A stretch of 64,000 nt of DNA from an uncultured Desulfobacula sp. (GCA_963674905.2 CAXXXR010000002.1:2658588-2722587), one strand, 5' to 3'. Counted from the first letter of the stretch, positions 20,199 through 29,175 are shown. The notes: generated by a model from the sequence alone, not told the origin. Program-made: numbers and translations.

Positions 20199-21443
20199 AT
20201 GAAAATGGCTGAATTTCCTTTCCTGCCCCAACCCCTGTCCGGGATTGCCCTGAAGTTTTTCCGCAGTGGAAAGGGCCTCATTCCCACGGATCAAAAAGGG
20301 ATTTTCATCACCCTGTTTTTTGCGATTTTTTCCACCGTGACCGGGGTGGGCATCGTGGTGCCGCTGCTGCCGGTGTATGCCAATGATCTGGGAGCCACCG
20401 GCATATACGTGGGTATGATATTCGGATCATTTTCCATCTCCAGAACCCTGCTGCTGCCCTATTTCGGAAGGCTTTCCGACCAGAAGGGCAGAAAGCCCTT
20501 TATTGTGACCGGCCTGTTTGTCTATACCCTGATCTCCATTGCATTTGTATTTTCAAAAAACGTGGAAACTCTTATCGGACTCAGGTTTATCCAGGGGGCG
20601 GCCTCAGCCATGATCATGCCTGTGGTCCAGGCCTATGTGGGAGAGATCACCCCCAAAGGTTCGGAAGGGTATTCCATGGGTCTGTTCAATCTGTCCATGT
20701 TTTTGAGCCTGAGCCTGGGCCCCCTGATGGGGGGTGTCATCAAAGACATCTGGTCCCTGGATGCCGCCTTTGTCTGCATGGGTGTCCTGTCCGGTGTGGG
20801 ACTGGTCCTGTGTGCCGTTTTCCTTCCCCCCAGGTCCCGGGAACAGGTCAAGACTTCGGCAAAGGGAGTGGTTTCCTGGTTCCATATTTTAAACGACCGG
20901 GATCTTGTGGCCATCTTTTTGTTCCGTTACGCCTACACCGCCTGCATCGGCGTGATCTGGTGTTTTCTGCCCCTGTTTGCCGACCGGGAATTCGGTCTTT
21001 CCGGTTCCCTCACCGGGGTCCTGGTCATGCTCGGGGTTTTTGTGTCCGGGATTCTCCAACTGCCCATGGGAGTTGTGGCAGACCGGTCCGACAAGCGGAT
21101 GATGATCGTTGCCGGGGGAATTCTGTCCAGCATCGGCATGGTCCTGCCGTTCTGGGCCGCTTCTTTTTCTGACCTGGTGATTGCCGTTTCAATTTTTGGT
21201 GTGGGCGGGGGGATTTCCATGCCCGCCATTATGGCCTGTGCCGTGATCAAGGGAGATGAACGAGAAGCCATGGGATCGGTGATTTCGGTCATGACCGTGG
21301 CCCACAGCCTGGGCATGCTCACAGGGTCCATGGCCGCCGGGCTGGCCATGGATTTTTTGAGCCTCCGCCTGTCTTTTCCCTGCGGAATGCTCATCATGGT
21401 CGTGGGCACTCTGGTGGTCCTGCTCTGTCTGAATAAAAAATAA
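20199..21443 (+). CDS. MFS transporter (DHA1/TetA-like)
   Basis: About 12 hydrophobic segments; motif A GRLSDQKGRK and a second-half DRSDKR. Confidence 0.88.
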   Translation: MKMAEFPFLPQPLSGIALKFFRSGKGLIPTDQKGIFITLFFAIFSTVTGVGIVVPLLPVYANDLGATGIYVGMIFGSFSISRTLLLPYFGRLSDQKGRKPFIVTGLFVYTLISIAFVFSKNVETLIGLRFIQGAASAMIMPVVQAYVGEITPKGSEGYSMGLFNLSMFLSLSLGPLMGGVIKDIWSLDAAFVCMGVLSGVGLVLCAVFLPPRSREQVKTSAKGVVSWFHILNDRDLVAIFLFRYAYTACIGVIWCFLPLFADREFGLSGSLTGVLVMLGVFVSGILQLPMGVVADRSDKRMMIVAGGILSSIGMVLPFWAASFSDLVIAVSIFGVGGGISMPAIMACAVIKGDEREAMGSVISVMTVAHSLGMLTGSMAAGLAMDFLSLRLSFPCGMLIMVVGTLVVLLCLNKK

Positions 21444-21504
21444 AACTCAAAAAAAACTGCCGGAGATTTGCCGACCAACGTCTTTTTATAGTCCGGTCGG
21501 GCAT

Positions 21505-21658
21505 GGGTTGCGACTCAGATGATTGGTCATTCCTACAGGGTCTAAATTCCGTTCCGCTGACCGGGAAAATTAGTTTTATTCAAAAACAAATTCCCGGTCT
21601 TGCGCTCCACTTCATCAAAACCCTGTACGGAAGGCCAATAAATTATTCCCTGCAACTC
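21505..21658. mobile_element. 154-bp MITE with ~37-bp imperfect terminal IRs and a 3-bp target duplication (CAT)
   Basis: Left end gggttgc...attggtcattcctacagggt; right end reverse-complements to gagttgc...attggccttccgtacagggt; cat at 21502-21504 and 21659-21661. Confidence 0.7.
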
Positions 21659-22000
21659 CATGCCCCGCCCTCCTCGATAGTTTTTACGATATTCAGGATA
21701 TCAAAAATGCGCTTATATGCCCTTCCTCAACTCCAATAAAGAACATTCTGAAATATGTTTTCTGATTAAATTATATTTTCACCAAAGGTGATCTTCAATA
21801 TCTTTACAGGTTTCGGTTGTTAAGAATCGAATAGTGTAACGCCAAAGCCCCGAATCAGTGACAAAATACTGTAACGGGTATATCCCGCGACCAAACCCCG
21901 CCAATAGCAAAAAAATATACCCCGCTATCCCGTCGACTGTTCCCAAGCTGCCGGTTTGCGTATGTTTTTTGTCCAGCTTTGAACGCTGGAGAATTTATGA

Positions 22001-22303
22001 TGGCAAAAAATATGCAGTCCGGCATGTCAGAAAGAACAGCATCGAAGACAGTCTGAAAAATGGAACAGGAAGAATAAGGCGTATTTCAAAAGCAACTATT
22101 TGGCTGATAAGATTGATGCGATTGAGCAAAAGGAACAATCGAAAGATCCACCCATTATTGCACAGCAATCAGATCAGACAAAACCGATTTTACCAATGGA
22201 TGTCATCCTGGCTCAGTGGGGGAAGAGGTCTGAGGTCATCATCCGATATCTGGTCTTCCAGGTCACTCGCCATGTTCGTATCCGGTATAGAAAAAATGCC
22301 TGA
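22001..22303 (+). pseudogene. Remnant of a small Cys-rich protein (WQKICSPACQKEQHRRQSEKWNRKNKAYFKSNYL...), no intact start
   Basis: Open frame after the TGA at 21998. The CxxxCQ...W..KN..YF..NYL pattern resembles small ORFs I recall in deltaproteobacterial IS21-linked elements (unverified). Confidence 0.35.
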
Positions 22304-22586
22304 TAACATCAGGTCGTTTATCCAAAGCAAAGTCCCGACATTCGTTTTCAGATATTCAAAAACAGTGGAAAGAAAATATTTTGCAAACACCTGTCCGTAT
22401 TGCAATGTTATTTACGGCGACTTTTTTCTGCATGATGAAGCTGGGATCCCTTTTTTCCCCGCTGATGAGGACGACGCCAAGTTGCTATATATCAAAGAGA
22501 TTCCTATAAACGGACCCTTTGAAATCGAAGGTGGGGCAGGATCCGGAACGGGAGAAATGATTCTGGATCATGCAATACGAGTATGA
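22272..22586 (+). pseudogene. Probable 5'-truncated gene: C-terminal part resembling DUF5710-associated proteins
   Basis: FRYSKTV...YFANTCPYC...GDFFLHDE.G.PFFP is protein-like, whereas the upstream part of ORF 21858-22586 is not. Confidence 0.45.
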
Positions 22587-22725
22587 GTGCAACAACCATT
22601 AAAAATCTCACAATTATAATTTGTTTTGAACGATCAATTTCATAAACATTGACAAAAAAGCATGCCTTATGTAATTCATTTCAGATGAACCTTCTTTATA
22701 CGCCACAAAATGAGAAAGTATTCTA

Positions 22726-25710
22726 ATGATATCAAATAATTCTCAAATTAGTTTTAATGCGCTTCTTGAAAAATTTGAGATGATATCTGAAGGATACAAG
22801 TCTCCGAGTCTATTGTTACCCAATGACCTTCATTTGTCGGATAGTGACAAAATTATTTTAGAACAGGCGGGGAAATATAATGTTGATGCGGTATATGTAA
22901 GGCAATTCAATGATGGACGAACCTCTATCCCACAAATATACATATATGATTTTATAAAAAACCCCAGGAAAGATAATGAGATAACAGAACTGTATCGAAA
23001 AATTTGGAACTCCGGGCATGTTCCTCTTATTTTTTTATTTTTTAAAACAGAAATTCAAATATTAACCTGTTTAAAACAACCAGATTTCGATCCTAAAACC
23101 GGAAATCTTGCATATAGCCTATTTGAAAAGATTCATTTGGCGTCGAAAGCAAAAAAAGAGTTGGATAAATTTAAACGATTATCTGCTAGACGGTTTGATA
23201 ATGGCTCATTCTGGACTGACTCAAAATATAAAAGCAAATTTTCGTTAAAAGAGACTGCCTATATAAAGCTTTTAACTGAACTCAAAACAGCCAAACGAGA
23301 TATCATTAAAAAAGAGATTCTGGATGAGAATCTTACAAAAAAACTTCTTGTGATGTCGATTCTTGTCAAATACCTTGAAGAGAGAAAGGATAAAGACGGT
23401 AACAAAGTTTTTCCCAAAAGGTTTTTTATCAAATTTTCAAATGGGGAGGATAATTTTTTAGATGTCCTTCGTAAAAAAGGAGGATGCCTTCGATTATTTG
23501 ATGAACTGAGCAGCAAGAATAGTTTTAATGGAGAAATTTTTGCCTGGAACGGCAAAAAAGAAAGAGAGCAGTTAGCCGAAGCAGACTTGAACTCTTTTGC
23601 CGAATTTTTTGAAGGGCGGCTTGATAATGGTCAGTACACTTTTTGGCGGCTTTATTCATTTAATGATTTACCCATCGAGCTCATCAGTAATATCTATGAG
23701 GAATTTTTAGATAAAAAAGCCGGAGTCGTTTACACGCCGCCTTATTTGGTCAATTTGCTTATCGACGAGCTACTGCCGTTGTCTGATTTCGGAAAAAAAG
23801 AATTTAAGGTGTTGGATCCTGCGTGTGGGTCAGGTATTTTCCTGGTGGCCGCATACAAAAGGATGATTCAGTGGTGGAAAATCCGCAACAATTGGGCCAA
23901 ACCTGATTCCCAGAACTTAAATGAACTAAAAGAAATTTTAAAAAATAACATTTTTGGTGTTGATATTCACGAAGAAGCCGTACGCTTAACGTTTTTCAGC
24001 CTTAGTTTGGTGCTTTTAGATGAATTGTCACCAAAGGTTATCTGGGAAAATTTAAAATTTGATAATCTTATTGGGAACAATTTCATCAGCAATGATTTTT
24101 TTGAACTAATTGAGAACGATTTACTAAAGCCGGAATTCGATCTTATTGTGGGGAATCCTCCCTTTGAATCAAAATTGACAGATAGCGCAGCAAGGATTGA
24201 AAACAAAAGACGCCGGACGTATCCAAAATTACCGGATAATCAAATCGCACTGCTTCTTCTGGACCAGTCTATCACCCTGTGCAAAGAAAATGCATCTCTT
24301 TGTTTGATAATGCCGTCAGGCCCCTTTTTATACAATACCAATTCTGCTGATTTTCGAACTTATTTTTTTAACAAGTATCATGTTCCGCAGCTAATTGATT
24401 TTACGTTCCTCAGCCAGGTCCTTTTTGAGAGCGCAAACGTGCCGGTCACAGCGGTTTTTGCAAAGAATCAAAAGCCTGATGAAACAGACATCCTTCATGT
24501 TACGGTCCGCAGGACAAAACCAGCCAAAGAAAAGCTCTACTTTGAATTGGACCACTATGATTTTCATAAGGTGCCTTTTAAGGACGCTTTAAAAAGCAGG
24601 CTTGTCTGGAAAGCCAATTTGCTGGGAGGCGGCAGGCTAAGGCAGCTTTTGGACAGACTGGAACCCATCCGAAGTTTTGGTGCATTTCTATCTGAAAAAG
24701 AGCAGAATGACGGGTGGAAAATCGCAGAGGGATTTATCGTTGGAAATAAAGAGAAAATTGATACGCTTGTTAAATTGAAAGAAAAAGCGCCGGAATTATC
24801 TGATGAGGAAAACCTGAAGTTGAAGGAACTTGAAAAGAAGTTTCAACCAGCAGAATACCTTACCGGGAAAAATACACTGCCAACGGATGCATTCACAGAA
24901 GATGGCATCAATGACAATGAAATCTACAAACTTGAAAACAAATATTTTTATCGGAGTAGCAAAAAGAATAAAGAAATTTTTGAAGCCCCTCATCTTCTTA
25001 TAAAGGAAGGCGTATCAGAGACTTCAATTCCAGTAATATTTCGGGAAGACGACCTTTCCTTCAGGCATGAAATAATCGGTATTCATGCTCCGAATCAAGC
25101 AGAGGCTCTCAAAAAAATAGAAAACCGTTTCAGGAATAACAGAACATACCTTTTTCATGTTGCCGGATTCAGCAGCAGGTATATGATCACCAGAGCTACG
25201 GCCTTTCTAAAAAATGATATTGAATGCCTGCCTTACCCTGAGGATGAGACAGAGCTTAATCTATCGGATCTCGAACAAATTCTTATGGATGATGTGCTTG
25301 ATTATATGCTTGATTTCAGGAGAAAGGGCGAAAATGCGGACTCGGAAAAACCGGTAACACAGGGCCAGTTGAAACTATTTTCCAATGTCTATTGTAAGGT
25401 TTTGAATTCTGTTTATAAAAACATCAAACCGTATCACTCTTTTGAAACAAAATCATATATCTGCTTTCCTTTTTATTTTGATGATCCTTCATCCATTGCG
25501 CTTCAAAAAACCAAGGGGCTTGAAGACGATCTTGATGAACTGATCAAAAATAATGTGAGTTCTAATTCAAGAATCATTCGAATGCTTCGAATTTATGAAA
25601 ATAATATTATTTATCTTATTAAACCTAAGCAGACGCGCTATTGGTTACGTTCGGTTGCAATTCGGGATGCTGACGAAACCTTTTCTGATTTAGTGAACCA
25701 AGGGTTTTAA
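22726..25710 (+). CDS. Large N6-adenine DNA methyltransferase (gamma class, type IIG/HsdM-like, probable fused specificity domain)
   Basis: ISNIYE, GVVYTPPYLV, motif I VLDPACGSGIFL, FGVDI and motif IV IVGNPPF; 994 aa; AT-rich. Confidence 0.9.
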   Translation: MISNNSQISFNALLEKFEMISEGYKSPSLLLPNDLHLSDSDKIILEQAGKYNVDAVYVRQFNDGRTSIPQIYIYDFIKNPRKDNEITELYRKIWNSGHVPLIFLFFKTEIQILTCLKQPDFDPKTGNLAYSLFEKIHLASKAKKELDKFKRLSARRFDNGSFWTDSKYKSKFSLKETAYIKLLTELKTAKRDIIKKEILDENLTKKLLVMSILVKYLEERKDKDGNKVFPKRFFIKFSNGEDNFLDVLRKKGGCLRLFDELSSKNSFNGEIFAWNGKKEREQLAEADLNSFAEFFEGRLDNGQYTFWRLYSFNDLPIELISNIYEEFLDKKAGVVYTPPYLVNLLIDELLPLSDFGKKEFKVLDPACGSGIFLVAAYKRMIQWWKIRNNWAKPDSQNLNELKEILKNNIFGVDIHEEAVRLTFFSLSLVLLDELSPKVIWENLKFDNLIGNNFISNDFFELIENDLLKPEFDLIVGNPPFESKLTDSAARIENKRRRTYPKLPDNQIALLLLDQSITLCKENASLCLIMPSGPFLYNTNSADFRTYFFNKYHVPQLIDFTFLSQVLFESANVPVTAVFAKNQKPDETDILHVTVRRTKPAKEKLYFELDHYDFHKVPFKDALKSRLVWKANLLGGGRLRQLLDRLEPIRSFGAFLSEKEQNDGWKIAEGFIVGNKEKIDTLVKLKEKAPELSDEENLKLKELEKKFQPAEYLTGKNTLPTDAFTEDGINDNEIYKLENKYFYRSSKKNKEIFEAPHLLIKEGVSETSIPVIFREDDLSFRHEIIGIHAPNQAEALKKIENRFRNNRTYLFHVAGFSSRYMITRATAFLKNDIECLPYPEDETELNLSDLEQILMDDVLDYMLDFRRKGENADSEKPVTQGQLKLFSNVYCKVLNSVYKNIKPYHSFETKSYICFPFYFDDPSSIALQKTKGLEDDLDELIKNNVSSNSRIIRMLRIYENNIIYLIKPKQTRYWLRSVAIRDADETFSDLVNQGF

Positions 25711-25712
25711 TA

Positions 25713-26420
25713 ATGTTCAATGAAAAATATGAATCAGAAGTATCTGGCAGATTATCCGGACCTTACATACCTGAGTTTGACACATCGATCAAAGAGGTGA
25801 TTCTATTCATAGAAAAAAATCTCATTATTTTTTCTGAATCTATTGCGGTGTCCCAAATTCAAAATGAAAAAGGCCTCACACAAACGCTTGTCCAAATTCT
25901 CAATTTAAACGCCATGGGAGGATTTTCACCCTTTTGGTTCGAAAAAGAGTATATGGAAAATCCAGACAGGGGCGACAGCCCCTCGGTTGATATAGGTACG
26001 CTAAAAGTTGATAGTAGCGGTAATGTTATCAATTCAGTAGTTCTTGGAAATAAATCCTTTTATTCGATCGAGGCCAAAAGATTGCCCACACCAGGCAGTA
26101 ATAGAGAAAAAGAATATGTAATCGGTTCAAAAAACAATGGTGGAATTGAGCGCTTCAAAACCGGGAGACATGGATCTGAGCTAAAACACAGTGGAATGAT
26201 TGGGTTTGTTCAGAAAAATGATTTTAAATACTGGAATAAAAAAATTAACGAGTGGATTGTTGAGTTGACACAGACAAATAGCGAATCTGATATAAACTGG
26301 TATGAATCTGAGATTTTAATTCCTCAACATTTTAAAAAGACCACAGCTCAATTGATTTCGAAACACGAAAGAATGAACAAATCATACATATCTTTGTGTC
26401 ATTTATGGGTGTGCTTATGA
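25713..26420 (+). CDS. Hypothetical protein with a PD-(D/E)xK nuclease-like signature
   Basis: NEKGLT...E...SVDIG...IEAKRL, then EYV, GGIERFK.G.H and GMIGFV; starts 2 bp after the MTase stop. Confidence 0.65.
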   Translation: MFNEKYESEVSGRLSGPYIPEFDTSIKEVILFIEKNLIIFSESIAVSQIQNEKGLTQTLVQILNLNAMGGFSPFWFEKEYMENPDRGDSPSVDIGTLKVDSSGNVINSVVLGNKSFYSIEAKRLPTPGSNREKEYVIGSKNNGGIERFKTGRHGSELKHSGMIGFVQKNDFKYWNKKINEWIVELTQTNSESDINWYESEILIPQHFKKTTAQLISKHERMNKSYISLCHLWVCL

Positions 26421-26445
26421 ATGGCGGAATCAAGGACAGTAAACG

Positions 26446-27122
26446 ATGAATCAGTATCAAACAGATTATTCCAATGAAGTTCACCAACTAATTGTAACAC
26501 CATCAAAACATTTTTTCGTCACACGCAATGGCATTTTAAAATATCAAAAGAAACCCTTTGAAATAAAGCTTGAAAATTGTAACAATTTCAAAAAGACGCA
26601 TATAATTCATTATCTTATCAGAGATCATTTTAGCGGGTTGGTTTACTACGAGACATGTACATCTGATGCAGCAATCCCAATTCATGAATTTCTATTTAGA
26701 TCCTGGACTAAAAAGGAAAACAACCTTTCTATGGAATGCCTTCCTGTATGACTATCCCTAAAAATGTCCAACTATTTTTCCCTGGTTTGGTGAATTTTGT
26801 TGAAACATTGGGTATTGATTTCATAAAAGTCACAAGCGGTTTTCAAGGGGGTGTTCGCGACATAAGAACGATAGAAGATGAATTAAGATGCGCTGGATTG
26901 TTTTTGGGGAATCCTGAACAATTTCAGACTGAATTACCTTTTGAACTGATTTTAGAAAAATCATACGAAATCTGTTCCAGGCTTTCAGATAATTTTTATC
27001 GAAAACCGTCAAAAAAAGAAACTTGGTTCTCGGGCTTTGGTTCTGAACAAAAAATAAACATCCCCGAATCTTTAGAAATATTCAAAACTACATATCAAAG
27101 CATCGTGGAATCAGAATTTTGA
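26446..27122 (+). pseudogene. Frameshifted hypothetical gene (ORFs 26446-26751 + 26736-27122), integrase-core/RNase H-like
   Basis: Adding one base in the A-runs at 26710-26720 joins ...HYLIRDHFSGLVYYE...FLFRSWTKK to (E/G)KQPFYGMPSCMTIPK...; the second frame opens right after TAA at 26709. Confidence 0.6.
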
Positions 27123-27160
27123 TAGATAGAAACTTGAAAGCATACATATTCAAGAGTAAA

Positions 27161-27210
27161 TCCTAACAAAAAAATGCTGACGGGCAAGCCGCAGATTTTT
27201 GTGGTTGGGC
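27161..27210 (+). mobile_element. attC: Short attC-like integron cassette recombination site
   Basis: R'' TCCTAAC and R' GTTGGGC (exact GTTRRRY); arms aaaat[G]ctg[A]cgg / ccg-cag-atttt pair with two extrahelical bases; 39 bp downstream of a stop codon; only 50 bp long. Confidence 0.6.
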
Positions 27211-27215
27211 ATCCG

Positions 27216-27253
27216 TAATCACGCTTGACGTTAATCACGCAATGCGTTAATAT
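27216..27253 (+). promoter_or_regulatory. higBA promoter with probable operator
   Basis: TTGACG (27225-27230), 17 bp, TAATAT (27248-27253); direct repeat taatcacgc x2 (27216, 27232); palindrome acgca-a-tgcgt (27237-27247). Confidence 0.7.
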
Positions 27254-27259
27254 ATACCC

Positions 27260-27538
27260 ATGATAAAATCTTTCAAATGCAAATATACAAAAGCACTTTC
27301 GAAAGGCCAACGTGTTAAGCAGTTCGTAAATATTGAAAATGTTGCACGGCGTAAACTTAGGCAGCTTGAAATTGCTGGTCGAATTGAAGATTTGAGAGTC
27401 CCACCCGGAAATCACCTTGAAATGCTCAAAGGTTACCGTTCCGGCCAACACAGTATTCGAATAAACGATCAGTGGCGCCTTTGCTTCTGCTGGACGGATG
27501 CAGGTGCGGAAAATGTGGAGATAGTTGATTACCACTGA
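27260..27538 (+). CDS. higB: RelE/ParE-family toxin HigB
   Basis: MIKSFK, ARRKL..L, DLRVPPGNHLE.LKG.RSGQHSIRINDQWRLCF.W and VEIVDYH. Confidence 0.95.
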   Translation: MIKSFKCKYTKALSKGQRVKQFVNIENVARRKLRQLEIAGRIEDLRVPPGNHLEMLKGYRSGQHSIRINDQWRLCFCWTDAGAENVEIVDYH

Positions 27539-27550
27539 GGAGGATGTATT

Positions 27551-27862
27551 ATGAATAAGCTTAAACCGATTACACCGGGCGAGATTCTTTTGGAAGAATT
27601 TCTCAAGCCTATGGGTATCAGTCAATATCGTTTAGCCAAGGAAATAGACGTTCCTGCTCAGCGCATCAGTGAAATTGTTGCCGGGAAGCGCTCGGTTACT
27701 GCTGATACAGATTTACGGCTATGTCGATTTTTTGGTTTATCCAATGGGTACTGGCTTCGAGCACAAGCTGCTCACGATACGGAAATAGCCGAGCGAACCC
27801 TGAATGATATCATCATAAAAATCAGACCCTGGTCTGAGCATGTTGCCCAGCCAAACGCTTGA
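27551..27862 (+). CDS. higA: HigA addiction-module antitoxin (HTH)
   Basis: PITPGEILLEEFLKPMGISQYRLAK, RISEIVAGKR.VTADT.LRL.RFFG and W...Q..HD; GAGGAGG RBS. Confidence 0.95.
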   Translation: MNKLKPITPGEILLEEFLKPMGISQYRLAKEIDVPAQRISEIVAGKRSVTADTDLRLCRFFGLSNGYWLRAQAAHDTEIAERTLNDIIIKIRPWSEHVAQPNA

Positions 27863-27973
27863 GAGGGACTGGGCTTACTGAGCGGCTTTTCGCAAATATG
27901 TGGTTTGAAAAATAAAAACTATTATCTGAGGTTCCGGGTTCAAGACGCCCGGCCCCTCAGCTCCACGTTAGCC
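27845..27973 (+). mobile_element. attC: Long (129-bp) attC-like site closing the higBA cassette
   Basis: R'' GCCCAGC (AAC>AGC variant) overlaps the higA 3' end; L arm gcttgagagggactgggc pairs with gcccggcccctcagc via bulges; ends tcagctccac-GTTAGCC. Confidence 0.72.
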
Positions 27974-28182
27974 CTTTTGTTCTATAAACACACATTAAAT
28001 TCAGACCTCCTGACATCAGGCATTTTTAAATGCAAAATATGCCGCCTGAAAAACAAGTTTGGTTCAATTTTTTAAAACCTCACCTCTCGCAGATGAAAAC
28101 ATTGACGTGTCGAGGAATAAAGATATTCCAAGGGATATGGAAAATCCAGAGATGTCACGGCGGTGCTGTAAAAAGCCTCCTT

Positions 28183-29175
28183 CTAAACGGGTGTGGCTTC
28201 AGTGCCGGTCAGGGGGAAGTGACAGGCCACAAATTCACCCGGCCCGATTTCCCGCAGCCCGGGCAATGTGGTCCGGCAGATGTCTTTGGCGTAGGCACAC
28301 CGGTTTTCAAATCCGCATCCCTTTGGGAGGTTAAAGGGGCTGGGCACTTCTCCCTGGACTTTAGGGGCCCGGATTTCTGCAAGGGGGTCTGCCGTATACA
28401 CAGAGTCCATCAGGACTTTTGTATAGGGATGCCGGGGTTTTTGGCGGGACAGATCGGCTGAAATGATTTCCACGATTCTGCCCAGGTACATAACGATGAT
28501 GCGCTGGCAGAAATAATCCACCAGGGCCAGGTCATGGGAAATAAACAGATAGGTCATGTCGAACTGATCGCCCAGTTCCTGGAGAAGCAGGATAATCTGG
28601 GCCTGAACCGAGACATCCAGGGCTGCCGTGGGCTCATCCAGAATGATGAATTCCGGGACCAGGGCCAGGGCCCGGGCAATGACGGCCCGCTGTTTCTGGC
28701 CGCCGGAGAGCTGGTGGGGATAGGCCCGGCAGTGCTCCGGTTTCAGGCCCACCATGCCCAGGAGTTCCAATATCCGTTCATTTATCTTTTCCTGGGGAAT
28801 GGGGACCTTTTGAATCTTGAACACCTCTTCCAGACTCCGGTAAATGGAATTTCTGGGGTCAAGAGATGAATGGGGGTCCTGGAACACCATCTGCATTTTC
28901 CGCCTCAACCTGCGCAGCCGGGTTTTTGAAATCTGATTGATCTTTTGTCCGTCAAAGAGAATGTCGCCGAAAGAGGGTTTGATCAGGTTTAAAATGAGTC
29001 TGGCAAGGGTGGATTTGCCGCATCCGGATTCGCCCACAACCCCCAGGGATTCTCCCTTGAAAATATCAAAAGAAACATCATTCACAGCCTTTACCTCGCC
29101 GATTTTCCGGTGCATGAGTCCGCCGGTCACCGGGAAAAATTTGGACAGGTTCCGGACTTGAACAAGGGGCTTCAT
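28183..29175 (-). CDS. Peptide/nickel ABC transporter ATP-binding subunit (DppF/OppF-like)
   Basis: [23 protein letters not shown] and HPYT...C.F..RC; ATG 29175 overlaps the upstream TGA. Confidence 0.92.
   Translation of the reverse strand: MKPLVQVRNLSKFFPVTGGLMHRKIGEVKAVNDVSFDIFKGESLGVVGESGCGKSTLARLILNLIKPSFGDILFDGQKINQISKTRLRRLRRKMQMVFQDPHSSLDPRNSIYRSLEEVFKIQKVPIPQEKINERILELLGMVGLKPEHCRAYPHQLSGGQKQRAVIARALALVPEFIILDEPTAALDVSVQAQIILLLQELGDQFDMTYLFISHDLALVDYFCQRIIVMYLGRIVEIISADLSRQKPRHPYTKVLMDSVYTADPLAEIRAPKVQGEVPSPFNLPKGCGFENRCAYAKDICRTTLPGLREIGPGEFVACHFPLTGTEATPV

Noticed and set aside
21858-22271. N-terminal half of the 242-aa ORF as a real coding region
   Set aside because: GTG start without an RBS and non-protein-like sequence; a different frame carries the recognisable remnant.
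22649-22677. TTGACA promoter for the MTase operon
   Set aside because: The -35 is perfect but the best -10 candidates are TGTAAT at 15 bp or TAATTC at 17 bp; too ambiguous to call.
26707-26721. Programmed -1 ribosomal frameshift
   Set aside because: The site is T_AAA_AAG rather than A_AAA_AAG, so P-site re-pairing is poor, and no clear downstream stimulator is seen. A single-base deletion or sequencing indel is simpler, though not excluded.
27095-27625. 176-aa minus-strand ORF
   Set aside because: Antisense shadow of higB and the attC, with no recognisable motifs.
28030-28461. 143-aa plus-strand ORF after the second attC as a further cassette gene
   Set aside because: Mostly antisense to the dppF-like gene, not protein-like, and no closing attC.
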